Positions 27,849-37,180 of a stretch of DNA of 64,000 bases are shown piece by piece. Each line of letters opens with the position of its first letter. The first letter of the stretch is position 1. Made by a program: the position numbers and the translations under genes. The notes beneath the pieces were generated by a model. It saw nothing but the letters and a program-made list of their open reading frames with translations. It was not told the origin of the DNA and did no database searches. The stretch is from an uncultured Bacteroidales bacterium. Lineage in GTDB: Bacteria > Bacteroidota > Bacteroidia > Bacteroidales > B18-G4. Location: contig CAZASJ010000007.1 in assembly GCA_964487735.1 (NCBI GenBank), positions 8,446 to 72,445 of the forward strand, in the 5' to 3' direction.

Positions 27849-28436
27849 GTGAAAATCTCTTTGATGAAACACACCATTATGATTAAAAAAATATTAATTC
27901 TAAGCATTTTTCTTTCTTTCTCCCTATGTATCTTGAGTCAGAATGCAACAAATTACAGGCAAGTCATTGAATCCACAAGTGTTCCCAATAAAGTGAAAGC
28001 TGCGTTTAACACCATGTATCCGGGGGCTTTTATAAAAATGTGGTATGTAACCAACATCGCTTATTGGTATCAGGATTATGGCCCATCTTATTATAATGGA
28101 TGGTACCAACCCCGAACAGTGGTGGTTTATAATTTCAGCGAACCTGCAAACTATGAAGTTGAATTTCTATATAATAATGAAAACAGCAGGGCTATTTTCA
28201 ACCGTTATGGAGTCTGGTTTGAAACCAGGACCAAGGTTGTCGCACTGCCTGATCAAATTGAAGCAGCAATAGACAATTCTGATTTCAGTAGCTGGAGAAG
28301 GTCGGATCACAAAGAACGCATTGAAGCTCCTGGCATGGCCGGCTCTGTCTACAGAATGCAGGTTTCACAAAAGCATCTTTCACAAATTATACGAATAGAT
28401 GACAATGGCAAAATTGTGCAAATTAAGTCCGAATAG
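27849..28436 (+). CDS. Secreted PepSY-like domain protein
   Basis: The likely start is MIKKILILSIF at 27879. VPNKVKAAFNTMYPGAFI and LPDQIEAAIDNS.. resemble tandem PepSY-like (putative beta-lactamase-inhibitor-like) units (recall-based). Confidence 0.5.
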   Translation: MKISLMKHTIMIKKILILSIFLSFSLCILSQNATNYRQVIESTSVPNKVKAAFNTMYPGAFIKMWYVTNIAYWYQDYGPSYYNGWYQPRTVVVYNFSEPANYEVEFLYNNENSRAIFNRYGVWFETRTKVVALPDQIEAAIDNSDFSSWRRSDHKERIEAPGMAGSVYRMQVSQKHLSQIIRIDDNGKIVQIKSE

Positions 28437-28474
28437 CGCTTCCCGGGTATTCTTCAATTTGTATACTGTATGTT

Positions 28475-29320
28475 ATGAATGAAACGAGAAAAATCCAGGT
28501 GCTGAAAAGCAATGGAGAAAGACAAGCCTTCGACAGAAATAAGTTGATCATGGCGCTTAAAAGATCAGGGGCCAGCCAGGAAAACCGTCAAAAAGCAGTT
28601 GAATTTGTTGAATCGAAACTTTTTGACGGAATTCCGACCAAGCAGATATATACGCTTGCTTTTGCAGCTTTGAAGAAGAAATCAACACGAATGGCAGGCC
28701 GCTACAAGCTAAAATCAGCCATTCTTCAATTTGGTCCTACGGGCTATCCTTTTGAAATATTTGTTGGTCGGTTATTTGAAACATTGGGTTACACAGTAGA
28801 AATTGGCGTTTTTATGCAAGGTGAATGTGTGCAACACGAGATAGATGTTCTTGCAAAGAAAGAAGGTAAAATTGTTGTTATTGAATGTAAATTTCACCAC
28901 GATCAAAGAGCAAAAACAAGCGTTCAGGTACCTTTGTACATTCATTCCCGGTTCCAGGACATTGAAGCATTGTGGAGGATGGAGCATCCCGGTGTGGATG
29001 TTAAATTTGAGGGATTCGTTGTTACCAACACACGCTTTTCAGAAGATGCCATGAACTATGCAAAATGTGCCGGCCTGGGTATGATCTCCTGGGATTATCC
29101 CCCAAATAAATGCCTTAGGTCATATGTAGATAACTCGGGTTTGCATCCTCTGACATCCCTTCTTTCTCTCAGAAAAGCAGAGCAACGATTCCTCCTGGAA
29201 AAAGGCTTGGTCTTGAGCAGTGAACTCGAAACCAACCAACATTTACTGCATGAAATGAACATCAGCGAAAAGCGGATTGGCAAAATATTAAAGGAAGCTA
29301 AAACCCTTATTGAGAAATAA
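28475..29320 (+). CDS. ATP-cone domain fused to Mrr-like PD-(D/E)xK restriction-endonuclease-fold domain
   Basis: N-terminal ATP-cone pattern IQVLKSNGERQAFDRNKLIMALKRSG. Nuclease core FEIFVGRLFETLGY..HEIDVLAKKEGKIVVIECKFH..GFVVTNTRFSEDAMNYA, plus a helix-hairpin-helix-like tail. Confidence 0.7.
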   Translation: MNETRKIQVLKSNGERQAFDRNKLIMALKRSGASQENRQKAVEFVESKLFDGIPTKQIYTLAFAALKKKSTRMAGRYKLKSAILQFGPTGYPFEIFVGRLFETLGYTVEIGVFMQGECVQHEIDVLAKKEGKIVVIECKFHHDQRAKTSVQVPLYIHSRFQDIEALWRMEHPGVDVKFEGFVVTNTRFSEDAMNYAKCAGLGMISWDYPPNKCLRSYVDNSGLHPLTSLLSLRKAEQRFLLEKGLVLSSELETNQHLLHEMNISEKRIGKILKEAKTLIEK

Positions 29321-29508
29321 AACATCCCTGCTTTTTGGAAAGCCGAAGCATCAATAGCCTTCAGCAATTCTCTGGCAACCAGAGCAGTTATCGTTTCACA
29401 CTTTTTTAGACAAACCTAGATTTGTGAACGCATATTCACAATAATATTTAATCTCTGATATTTAATTATTCTTATATTTGGGATAAGCCTAACCAAATTA
29501 TAACGAAT

Positions 29509-30729
29509 ATGAAAAAGAGCGTTTTATTCCCCTTGTTTTTTCTTTTAGCGTCCTCAATAGCGGCGCAAAACCTTCCAAATGCATATCAAAGTTTATCCTC
29601 CATGGGAGTTTTAAAGAATTCTAACGCAGAAATGATGCTGACCGACTCAACTCATGGATATTTTTTTGATATAAGCATCACTGACTCTATGCTCATCCAA
29701 AGACAATTTTTGGATTACAACCTGCGCGGACAAATGACCAATGATTCCATCCTGGCCTTATTTCTTGATACACTTGAATTGGGCTGGATAAGTTATATGA
29801 AAATGGATTATACCTACGATGGTCTGGCCAGATTAATCAACCGGACTACTTCCATTGGAAGCTGGACTGCAGGCGGATGGGTTCCCGAAAGCAGGGAATT
29901 GTTCTTCTATCTCAACAGCAGTTCTCTTGTTGATTATGAATTAGAGAACTTTTATGAGTGGAATAATTCAAACTGGCGCAATTACGACAGCACGATCTAT
30001 ACGAGAAATCTCATGCAGCAAATTGAATTTGCCTATCGGTTTGGTTGGAATCAAAATCCGGGAAATTACTACGCCAGCGGCTACCACAGCTTTGCATACA
30101 ATGATGACGGTTTGGAAATTGCCGATACTTCTTATGCCTACTATACCCCAGGGATTCCTACAATGTCCTATCTGGAAGTAAGCACCTATGATAATCTTGG
30201 ACAATTGATACGAGAAGTTGACTATTATTGGAATAGCACCAATAGTAGTTGGATGGAAGAAGATAAAGTTGAAATTACGTACGATCTGAATGGTAATTAT
30301 ATAACTATCCTAACTTTTGATTGGGACGAAATGCAATCTGCATGGATAAGCGATGAGGCCAATTACATGACTTATTATCCGGACAACAGCCCGCATTTAT
30401 GGAGGAATTATGAGCGAGACGAGAACAGCGGGATAATGATAAAAAACTTCACTTTTGAATTTTTCAGTAGCCTGCATGTTGTTGTGAACACAGATGAACT
30501 TAAGCCGGAAGAATCCATGCAACTCTATCCCAACCCCAGTACAGGCAGCATTGTCCTGGAAATGCCTTCGGCCGACTTTATTGAGATTATAAATATAAAT
30601 GGGCAGCTCCTCAAGCAATTTCGATGCTCAGCCGGGAAAAACAGCATTGACCTGAGCGATCTGGATCCGGGTATGTATTTTGTGAGGTCTCAAAAAGGGA
30701 GATTGCATCAAAGACTGATCATTCAATAG
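29509..30729 (+). CDS. Secreted YD-repeat-like protein with T9SS C-terminal sorting domain
   Basis: Signal peptide. YD-like motifs YTYDGLARLI, FAYNDDGLEI, STYDNLGQLI and ITYDLNGNYI. CTD is LYPNPSTGSIVLEM..PGMYFVRSQKGRLHQRLIIQ. Confidence 0.7.
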   Translation: MKKSVLFPLFFLLASSIAAQNLPNAYQSLSSMGVLKNSNAEMMLTDSTHGYFFDISITDSMLIQRQFLDYNLRGQMTNDSILALFLDTLELGWISYMKMDYTYDGLARLINRTTSIGSWTAGGWVPESRELFFYLNSSSLVDYELENFYEWNNSNWRNYDSTIYTRNLMQQIEFAYRFGWNQNPGNYYASGYHSFAYNDDGLEIADTSYAYYTPGIPTMSYLEVSTYDNLGQLIREVDYYWNSTNSSWMEEDKVEITYDLNGNYITILTFDWDEMQSAWISDEANYMTYYPDNSPHLWRNYERDENSGIMIKNFTFEFFSSLHVVVNTDELKPEESMQLYPNPSTGSIVLEMPSADFIEIININGQLLKQFRCSAGKNSIDLSDLDPGMYFVRSQKGRLHQRLIIQ

Positions 30730-31248
30730 GAAAGAAAACCAATTCTTACTATACAGAAAAGGCAAAACCGGCCTTTTTACTGAGGTAAAGGTTCCAACAG
30801 GATACATTTACTTTTCAAAGCTTGATTGTTATAGCCACCATTATGGGAATCAACGAGGTGTAAACATTCAGTATTCCTTATGGACCTGTGGATGCAGTTT
30901 TTCAGATGGAACGTCCTTTTCATTCCCTCAAAAAAAGCATGCGGTAATGACTATATCGGTCGGCTACCAATATTTTCCTCTCATTGTACCGGAAACCGTT
31001 GAAAACAAGCTCTGAACTGGGGGTAATACTAACACTTCCAACTGACACATAATTGGTACCAGGGAGGCCCGGGGACGAGGTTTGAACTTCCGTTTTTGAT
31101 TGGGTATCTTTTTTAATGCCTTAGTAAGTAATTGCCTAGCAATCATGTCATTATGGCAGCATTCTGGAATGTTTTATGACATTTTTTCCGAATTTGCCTC
31201 AAAACATCAAATTGGACACAATTTTGATATTATTCAGAAAAAACCAAG

Positions 31249-33843
31249 ATGATAAACTTAAATAAATTCACAATAAAGTCGCAGGAAGCGATCAATACTG
31301 CTCAGGAGATTGCAGTTTCGAATAATCAGCAGGCAGTTGACAGTATTCATTTACTTAAAGGTATTTTAAGGGCTGATGAAAATGTCATACCATACCTATT
31401 AAAGAAACTGAATGTCAATTTCCCTGTATTCTCCCAGGCAGTCGATCGCATCATCCAATCATTACCCACGGTAAGCGGTGGTGCTGAACCATACTTCACG
31501 AATGAAGCAAAAGAGGCGCTTCATAAGGCGCAATCTTACCTGAAGGAGTTCAATGATGAATTTGTTTCCATTGAACATTTGCTGCTTGCACTTCTGAGTG
31601 TAAAAAGCAGTGCTTCTACTTTGTTAAAAGACAACAACATTCAAAAAAAAGAGCTTATTGAGGCAATCAGGCAACTAAGAAATGGGACACAGGTAAACAG
31701 TCCAACCGGTGAAGACCAGCTTAATGCCCTGAACCGATATGCAAGAAATCTGAATGATCTTGCTTCCAATGGCAAACTGGATCCCGTTATCGGAAGAGAT
31801 GAGGAGATCAGAAGGGTCTTGCAGATTTTATCACGGAGGACAAAAAACAACCCCATTCTGATCGGCGAGCCAGGTGTTGGAAAGACGGCCATCGCCGAAG
31901 GCATTGCTCACAGGATTATAAACGGTGATGTACCCGATAACTTAAAAAGCAAACGCTTTTATTCTCTTGATATGGGCTCGCTCATTGCCGGGGCAAAATA
32001 CAAAGGAGAGTTTGAAGAACGACTTAAAAGTGTTATAAAGGAGGTGCTTAACTCAGATGGTGAGATCGTGCTTTTCATTGATGAGATCCACACGCTGGTT
32101 GGAGCTGGAGCTTCGGAAGGTGCTATGGATGCAGCTAATATCTTAAAACCGGCACTTGCCAGAGGGGAATTGAGAGCTGTTGGTGCCACTACACTGAAAG
32201 AATACCAGAAATATTTTGAAAAAGACAAGGCCCTGGAAAGACGCTTTCAAACGGTACTTGTGAATGAGCCGGATACCATTTCGAGCATATCCATCCTGAG
32301 AGGACTCAAAGAAAGATATGAATCACATCATAAGGTCCGCATTAAAGATGAGGCCATTGTTGCAGCCGTGGAACTCTCACAACGGTATATCACCGACAGG
32401 TTTTTGCCGGACAAAGCCATTGACCTGATCGATGAAGCAGCTTCCAAACTTCGTCTGGAAATAAATTCATTACCGGAAGAATTGGAAACAATCGAAAGAA
32501 AGATCAGGCAATTTGAGATTGAAAAAGAAGCCATCAAACGCGAAAATGACAAGAGCAAATTAAAGGCTATAGGGGAAGAATTGGCCAACCTGAACGATCA
32601 GCGAAGCGAACTTCGATCAAAATGGAAAGCAGAAAAAGAGATCATAGAGAACATCCAAAATGGGAAAAAACAAATAGAGGAATATAAGCTGGAAGCTGAA
32701 AAAGCCGAGAGAGAAGGTGATTTTGGGAAGGTGGCAGAATTGCGTTACGGACTGATCAAAGAAGTGGAAAGCAAAACTGAAAATTATAAATCACAATTAG
32801 TTGAATTGCAGGGAAACAAGCCCATGATCAATGAAGAAGTGGGTGCGGAAGAAATCGCAGATATTGTTTCAAAATGGACTGGCATCCCCATGAACAGGAT
32901 GTTGCAGAGCGAGCGTGAGAAACTCCTTCATCTGGAAGACGAACTGCATAAAAGAGTGGTTGGCCAGGATATTGCCATTGAAGCCATCGCGGATGCCATT
33001 CGCAGAAGCAGGGCCGGGCTTCAGGATGAGAAACGGCCTGTTGGATCTTTCATCTTCCTTGGAACAACCGGAGTGGGAAAAACAGAACTGGCCAAGGCCC
33101 TGGCCGAATTTCTGTTTAACAATGAAAATGCCATGGTCAGGATTGATATGTCGGAATATCAGGAACGCCATTCTGTATCACGTCTGATCGGAGCCCCTCC
33201 GGGCTATGTAGGCTATGATGAGAGCGGACAGCTGACAGAAGCCGTAAGGAGAAAACCCTATTCAGTGGTATTGCTGGATGAAATAGAAAAAGCACATCCC
33301 GATGTTTTTAACATCCTGCTACAGGTGTTGGATGATGGCAGACTAACCGACAATAAGGGCAGGGTAGTGGACTTTAAGAACACCATTATTATTATGACTT
33401 CAAACATAGGTTCTCATGTTATCCAGGAAAGGTTTTCAACCTTAACAGAAGAGAATGAATATGAATTGGTGAAGGATACCCGAAAAGAAGTAATGAACCT
33501 TCTAAGACAGGAAATCAGGCCGGAGTTTCTTAACCGCATCGATGAAATCATTATGTTCACTCCTTTAAATAAGAAAGAGATCCGTGAAATTGTAAGCCTG
33601 ATGTTCAAACAGGTTCAAAGTATGCTGGCCAAAAAAAATATTGAGCTCATCCTTTCAGAAAAGGCCATCGAGAAACTAACAGAAATGGGATATGACCCCC
33701 AATACGGAGCCCGACCGTTGAAAAGGGTCATACAAAAGAGTGTACTGAATGAACTATCGAAAATGATCCTCGCCAATAAGGTGAACACTGACCAGCCTAT
33801 ATCGATCGATACTGATGGGGATATATTCATTTTTAATAACTAA
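31249..33843 (+). CDS. clpB: ATP-dependent chaperone ClpB
   Basis: 864 aa with a Clp N-domain and two AAA+ modules ([24 protein letters not shown]; [31 protein letters not shown]), separated by a long coiled-coil middle domain. Confidence 0.98.
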   Translation: MINLNKFTIKSQEAINTAQEIAVSNNQQAVDSIHLLKGILRADENVIPYLLKKLNVNFPVFSQAVDRIIQSLPTVSGGAEPYFTNEAKEALHKAQSYLKEFNDEFVSIEHLLLALLSVKSSASTLLKDNNIQKKELIEAIRQLRNGTQVNSPTGEDQLNALNRYARNLNDLASNGKLDPVIGRDEEIRRVLQILSRRTKNNPILIGEPGVGKTAIAEGIAHRIINGDVPDNLKSKRFYSLDMGSLIAGAKYKGEFEERLKSVIKEVLNSDGEIVLFIDEIHTLVGAGASEGAMDAANILKPALARGELRAVGATTLKEYQKYFEKDKALERRFQTVLVNEPDTISSISILRGLKERYESHHKVRIKDEAIVAAVELSQRYITDRFLPDKAIDLIDEAASKLRLEINSLPEELETIERKIRQFEIEKEAIKRENDKSKLKAIGEELANLNDQRSELRSKWKAEKEIIENIQNGKKQIEEYKLEAEKAEREGDFGKVAELRYGLIKEVESKTENYKSQLVELQGNKPMINEEVGAEEIADIVSKWTGIPMNRMLQSEREKLLHLEDELHKRVVGQDIAIEAIADAIRRSRAGLQDEKRPVGSFIFLGTTGVGKTELAKALAEFLFNNENAMVRIDMSEYQERHSVSRLIGAPPGYVGYDESGQLTEAVRRKPYSVVLLDEIEKAHPDVFNILLQVLDDGRLTDNKGRVVDFKNTIIIMTSNIGSHVIQERFSTLTEENEYELVKDTRKEVMNLLRQEIRPEFLNRIDEIIMFTPLNKKEIREIVSLMFKQVQSMLAKKNIELILSEKAIEKLTEMGYDPQYGARPLKRVIQKSVLNELSKMILANKVNTDQPISIDTDGDIFIFNN

Positions 33844-33862
33844 ATCATTATCATAAGCATTC

Positions 33863-33893
33863 AAAACCCGGATGGAAGACATTCGGGTTTTTT
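33863..33893 (+). terminator. Rho-independent terminator downstream of clpB
   Basis: AAAACCCG (33863..33870) pairs with CGGGTTTT, with a 13 nt loop and a following T-run (CGGGTTTTTT, 33884..33893). It starts 20 nt after the clpB stop. Confidence 0.7.
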
Positions 33894-34099
33894 AATGCCA
33901 ATTTCTTAAACACACCTAAACACTTAGGGGAAACCATCTACCATCAGGAGACTTAAGCTTTAAATTGATCCTTTCTCAAAGCCATCTTGATTCATTCAGG
34001 AATGAACTAAAAACCCTCTTTCGCGCGTTTTAAAAGTACATTTATTGCATCGGCGTCAGCGTGAAGCGCAAGATGAATTGCATGCTGGTTAAGGCGTGA

Positions 34100-34414
34100 T
34101 TAAAAGATATTTCTGTAGAGATCAACAAAAAGGCATGAAGTAGTCTGACCCTGATACTTTAAAAACAGTTTTTTCTGCAACAGCCCTCCCAAGAATTGTC
34201 CGCTAAAAAATGCAGCAATAAATACAACAAAGGTAATCCAATGCCATCCGGTATGCATAAATACCCTAAGAAAGACGACCAGAGGCACCGGAAGATGGAT
34301 GGCCAGCATCCACTGCAGGCTGAATTTCCTGACATGAGCTCTCCAGTAACCAAATGGTATGTTCAAACAAATGATCAATATACCGATAAGAACCAATTTT
34401 CCAATGTCAGGCAT
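34100..34414 (-). CDS. Small 3-TM membrane protein, unknown function
   Basis: 104 aa with three hydrophobic segments (LVLIGILIICLNIPFGYW, MLAIHLPVPLVVFLRVF, ITFVVFIAAFFSGQFLGGLL). No family recognised. Confidence 0.4.
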   Translation of the reverse strand: MPDIGKLVLIGILIICLNIPFGYWRAHVRKFSLQWMLAIHLPVPLVVFLRVFMHTGWHWITFVVFIAAFFSGQFLGGLLQKKLFLKYQGQTTSCLFVDLYRNIF

Positions 34415-34668
34415 GTTCCAAATATAGGTTTTTTTAAATATGTAAGTATTAAAAAGCCTTTTCTTTCATTCAATTTATTCCACATTAGGTTTGATAAACC
34501 ATGAAACACTTAAATATTTAATTATTATATCAAAAAAAAAATTAAAAAGCGTGATCCATATTCATTTAAGAAGTAAGTTTATTATCAGAACCCACAGCCT
34601 TTACCTTCAAATGATGATACAACCCTATCATTGAACATTGAAGTTGAAGCATTTATAAAATCAATGCC

Positions 34669-35349
34669 ATGAACAAACAAACTCAAAAAAACAGATCATT
34701 CATTAAGAAAAGTTTTCGGCCGTTCCTGACAGGCTTGTTGGCTATATTCCCCCTGGTAATCACCATTGTGGTGATCATCTGGTTTATAAATTTCATGTCC
34801 TCATTGTTGGGTCCGGAAAGTGGTTTCGGGTTACTCCTACAGGATGTCGGACTGAACTTTGTCAGCAACAAGGTGGTTGCTTACCTTGTCGGGCTGAGTA
34901 TTTCGCTTGTTTTGATTTTCATTTTGGGACTGCTGGTACAGGCCGGATTACGGAATCAGTTTAGTATGATGACCGATGCCGTGATGACCCGGATCCCTGT
35001 AATCAAGACCATTTATGATGCATCCAAAAAAATCACCAACCTCTTCGACCTTAAGGACCAGCCCGATTTGAAGTCGATGAGCCCTGTAATGTGTTCTTTC
35101 GGTGGAAAAGGGGGAACAGCCGTCCTGGCATTATTAACTACACAAGAAGTAATCAGTATTGATGATCAGGAATACTATTCCATCATGATACCCACCTCTC
35201 CTGTTCCCATCGGAGGGGCTATCCTCTATGTACCCTGCTCCTGGGTGAAAAAAGTTGACTTCGGCATTGAAGGACTGGTAAATGTATATGTATCCATGGG
35301 TGTAACAGGTCCTGAATTGTTCCAGAAAAAAACGGAAAAGAAAATTTGA
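34669..35349 (+). CDS. DUF502-family membrane protein
   Basis: N-terminal TM pair LAIFPLVITIVVIIWFINF. Conserved DUF502-type block IMIPTSPVPIGGAILYVP. Confidence 0.8.
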   Translation: MNKQTQKNRSFIKKSFRPFLTGLLAIFPLVITIVVIIWFINFMSSLLGPESGFGLLLQDVGLNFVSNKVVAYLVGLSISLVLIFILGLLVQAGLRNQFSMMTDAVMTRIPVIKTIYDASKKITNLFDLKDQPDLKSMSPVMCSFGGKGGTAVLALLTTQEVISIDDQEYYSIMIPTSPVPIGGAILYVPCSWVKKVDFGIEGLVNVYVSMGVTGPELFQKKTEKKI

Positions 35350-35524
35350 CATGATCTTATATATTCATGAATCGCGGTAAATGATTGATCATGGAATTCT
35401 AATTAAACAAATTGAAGCATTCCCATTCCTGGAAACAGATAAAGGCAGCACAATTGTCTTTTGGGGTTCCGACAAAAAAGGAAAAGAAATATGGTTTGCA
35501 AGGATTTTGCCGGACTGATGAATA

Positions 35525-35626
35525 TTTTACCCCTCTGTCAGTCTCATACGACTCACATCTCCCCTGTTTCAGGGGAGAATATAAGGAAGTCTCGTGGTAA
35601 ACCACGAGGAATTATTTGATTAAATC
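35525..35626. repeat. Multi-hairpin intergenic repeat, copy A
   Basis: Modules are TTTTACCCCTCTGTCAGTC..GACTCACATCTCCCCT, hairpin TCTCCCCTG-TTT-CAGGGGAGA (35558..35578), GAGAATATAAGGAA, hairpin CTCGTGG-TAAA-CCACGAG (35591..35608), and ATTATTTGATTAAATC. It is homologous to 46293..46416 and 55211..55280, and ends 3 nt from the stop of the minus-strand gene 35630..37075. Confidence 0.75.
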
Positions 35627-35629
35627 TTT

Positions 35630-37075
35630 CTAAAATCCAAACCTGAGGAATCCAAATACAAGTGAAACAACAGGGTTTTCGCTTTTAAACCAAGTCAGAA
35701 CATCCCTGCTGGCAAAGCCCATCTCCCATAAGCTGTTTTCGGCATGCATCGGACGAAAAGTAAGGCCCACCGGAATATTCAATCCGTAGCCACCGCCGTA
35801 TGAAAGACCGCTGGAGAGCTGGAACCATTTTGCCGGGTTGTATTGCACTCCCCCTGCATAATATGGTTTAATATAAGCCCCCGGAAGATCCTGCTCGCCA
35901 AGAGGAATCAGAAATTCAAGCCCAACAGACAGTTGTTCCACAATCTGGTGGTTGGCTCCAAAACGTAAATTCATGGGCGTTGACACCTTTTTATCTTTCA
36001 GCCCTATCCATTTCCCCAAATTATCGTTATCGGCTATAATACCACCTGATTCTGAAAAGATGTTGTAGTTGTCGATACCCGGTGTTTCTATTTTCCAGAT
36101 GGGAACATTTTCTCCTTCATACACATTCCCATCCCAGGTAATGGATCCGATGTCATTCAATGAAATGGCCACCCTTGTTTTTTTATAAATCTCGAAAGAA
36201 AGACCTATATCCACACCAAATCCCATCCCGGCCGTTTGCCAGCCACTCCCGGTAAGTTCAGAGGGTGTAGGCTCATCATACTTAACACCATAAGCAGGGC
36301 CCAGGGCCTGATAACCTTCTACCTCAGTAACTGTAATGGAATTGTATTGCATGATCCCAAAACCCTGTAAAATTTTAAAGTCGATGCCGGCATAGAACTT
36401 AAAATTTTCCATGTTTACCAGCTTTCGGCCATAACCAATTACAAATTCATTATAAAATAAGTGGGATATATCGGTTGGATTGTAAAGTTTTGAAGCTGCC
36501 TCAGGATCAGTCGTATACCCTATGGTATCACCATTTGGCAAGGCTACTATGCTATCAAAATAAGGTGAATTATATCCTTCGAACAAAAATTCAGAAGCCT
36601 GTTCATTTAAGGTGCTGTGCCAGGATACCCGCTGACGAACGGCAAATGCAAAGCCTCCGATCTTTTCATCCTGGAATGAAACTCCAAACAGCGTATTTGA
36701 TACATTGATCAGCAATTCAGTATCTGTAAATCTTTTGATCGCATCATTTCGCTGACTCTTTGTTGAAAAGTCGGCACTATTACCGATCAGGTCTTTAAAA
36801 ACCATGCTTTTTGTAAGTGGTTCAGAGTAAATTGATATCCCGAATTCAAATAATCCAAGATGTAATTTATGGTCATCCTTCATCCATCCGAGGTTGGCAG
36901 GATTTACACCCAGGCTTTGGTAATCACCTAATGAAACAACGGAAAATCCTGATCCTGTGGAGTTAAATGCCCCACCATCCAATTGTGAATATACTCTGGG
37001 AACTGCACACAAAACAAGCATGCACAATAATACACGTATACCTATTCTCATAATTTGGGGTTTTGGGTTAATCAA
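35630..37075 (-). CDS. Outer-membrane beta-barrel protein (unknown family)
   Basis: Signal peptide ..VLCAVPRVYSQ, alternating beta-strand-like composition, and a C-terminal aromatic beta-signal ..LVFGFLRFGF. It sits immediately downstream of the AsmA-family gene. Confidence 0.6.
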   Translation of the reverse strand: MINPKPQIMRIGIRVLLCMLVLCAVPRVYSQLDGGAFNSTGSGFSVVSLGDYQSLGVNPANLGWMKDDHKLHLGLFEFGISIYSEPLTKSMVFKDLIGNSADFSTKSQRNDAIKRFTDTELLINVSNTLFGVSFQDEKIGGFAFAVRQRVSWHSTLNEQASEFLFEGYNSPYFDSIVALPNGDTIGYTTDPEAASKLYNPTDISHLFYNEFVIGYGRKLVNMENFKFYAGIDFKILQGFGIMQYNSITVTEVEGYQALGPAYGVKYDEPTPSELTGSGWQTAGMGFGVDIGLSFEIYKKTRVAISLNDIGSITWDGNVYEGENVPIWKIETPGIDNYNIFSESGGIIADNDNLGKWIGLKDKKVSTPMNLRFGANHQIVEQLSVGLEFLIPLGEQDLPGAYIKPYYAGGVQYNPAKWFQLSSGLSYGGGYGLNIPVGLTFRPMHAENSLWEMGFASRDVLTWFKSENPVVSLVFGFLRFGF

Positions 37076-37180
37076 ACAATCATTTCAAATTTCATGATAA
37101 ATATACATAAACAATATTTATCCAGCAATAATGAGAAACGAATTGCAAGAATCCCTTAAAATTAAGCTTACCCCAAGACC

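Noticed and set aside
30730-31248. 520 nt non-coding gap upstream of clpB, checked for a tRNA, an IS remnant or a small gene (60-aa ORF 30964..31146; T-arm-like GAGGTTTGAACTTCC near 31077)
   Set aside because: No acceptor, D or anticodon stems can be built around the T-arm-like string on either strand. The 60-aa ORF is highly basic with no motifs. No transposase-like translation is seen in any frame. It is left as an unexplained long leader or promoter region.
35399-35605. 62-68-aa ORFs on both strands over repeat copy A; the YFTPLSV peptide string is also translatable in copy B
   Set aside because: The similarity between copies is at the nucleotide level and continues through stops and frameshifts. 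Copy C deletes the segment, which is consistent with a non-coding repeat.
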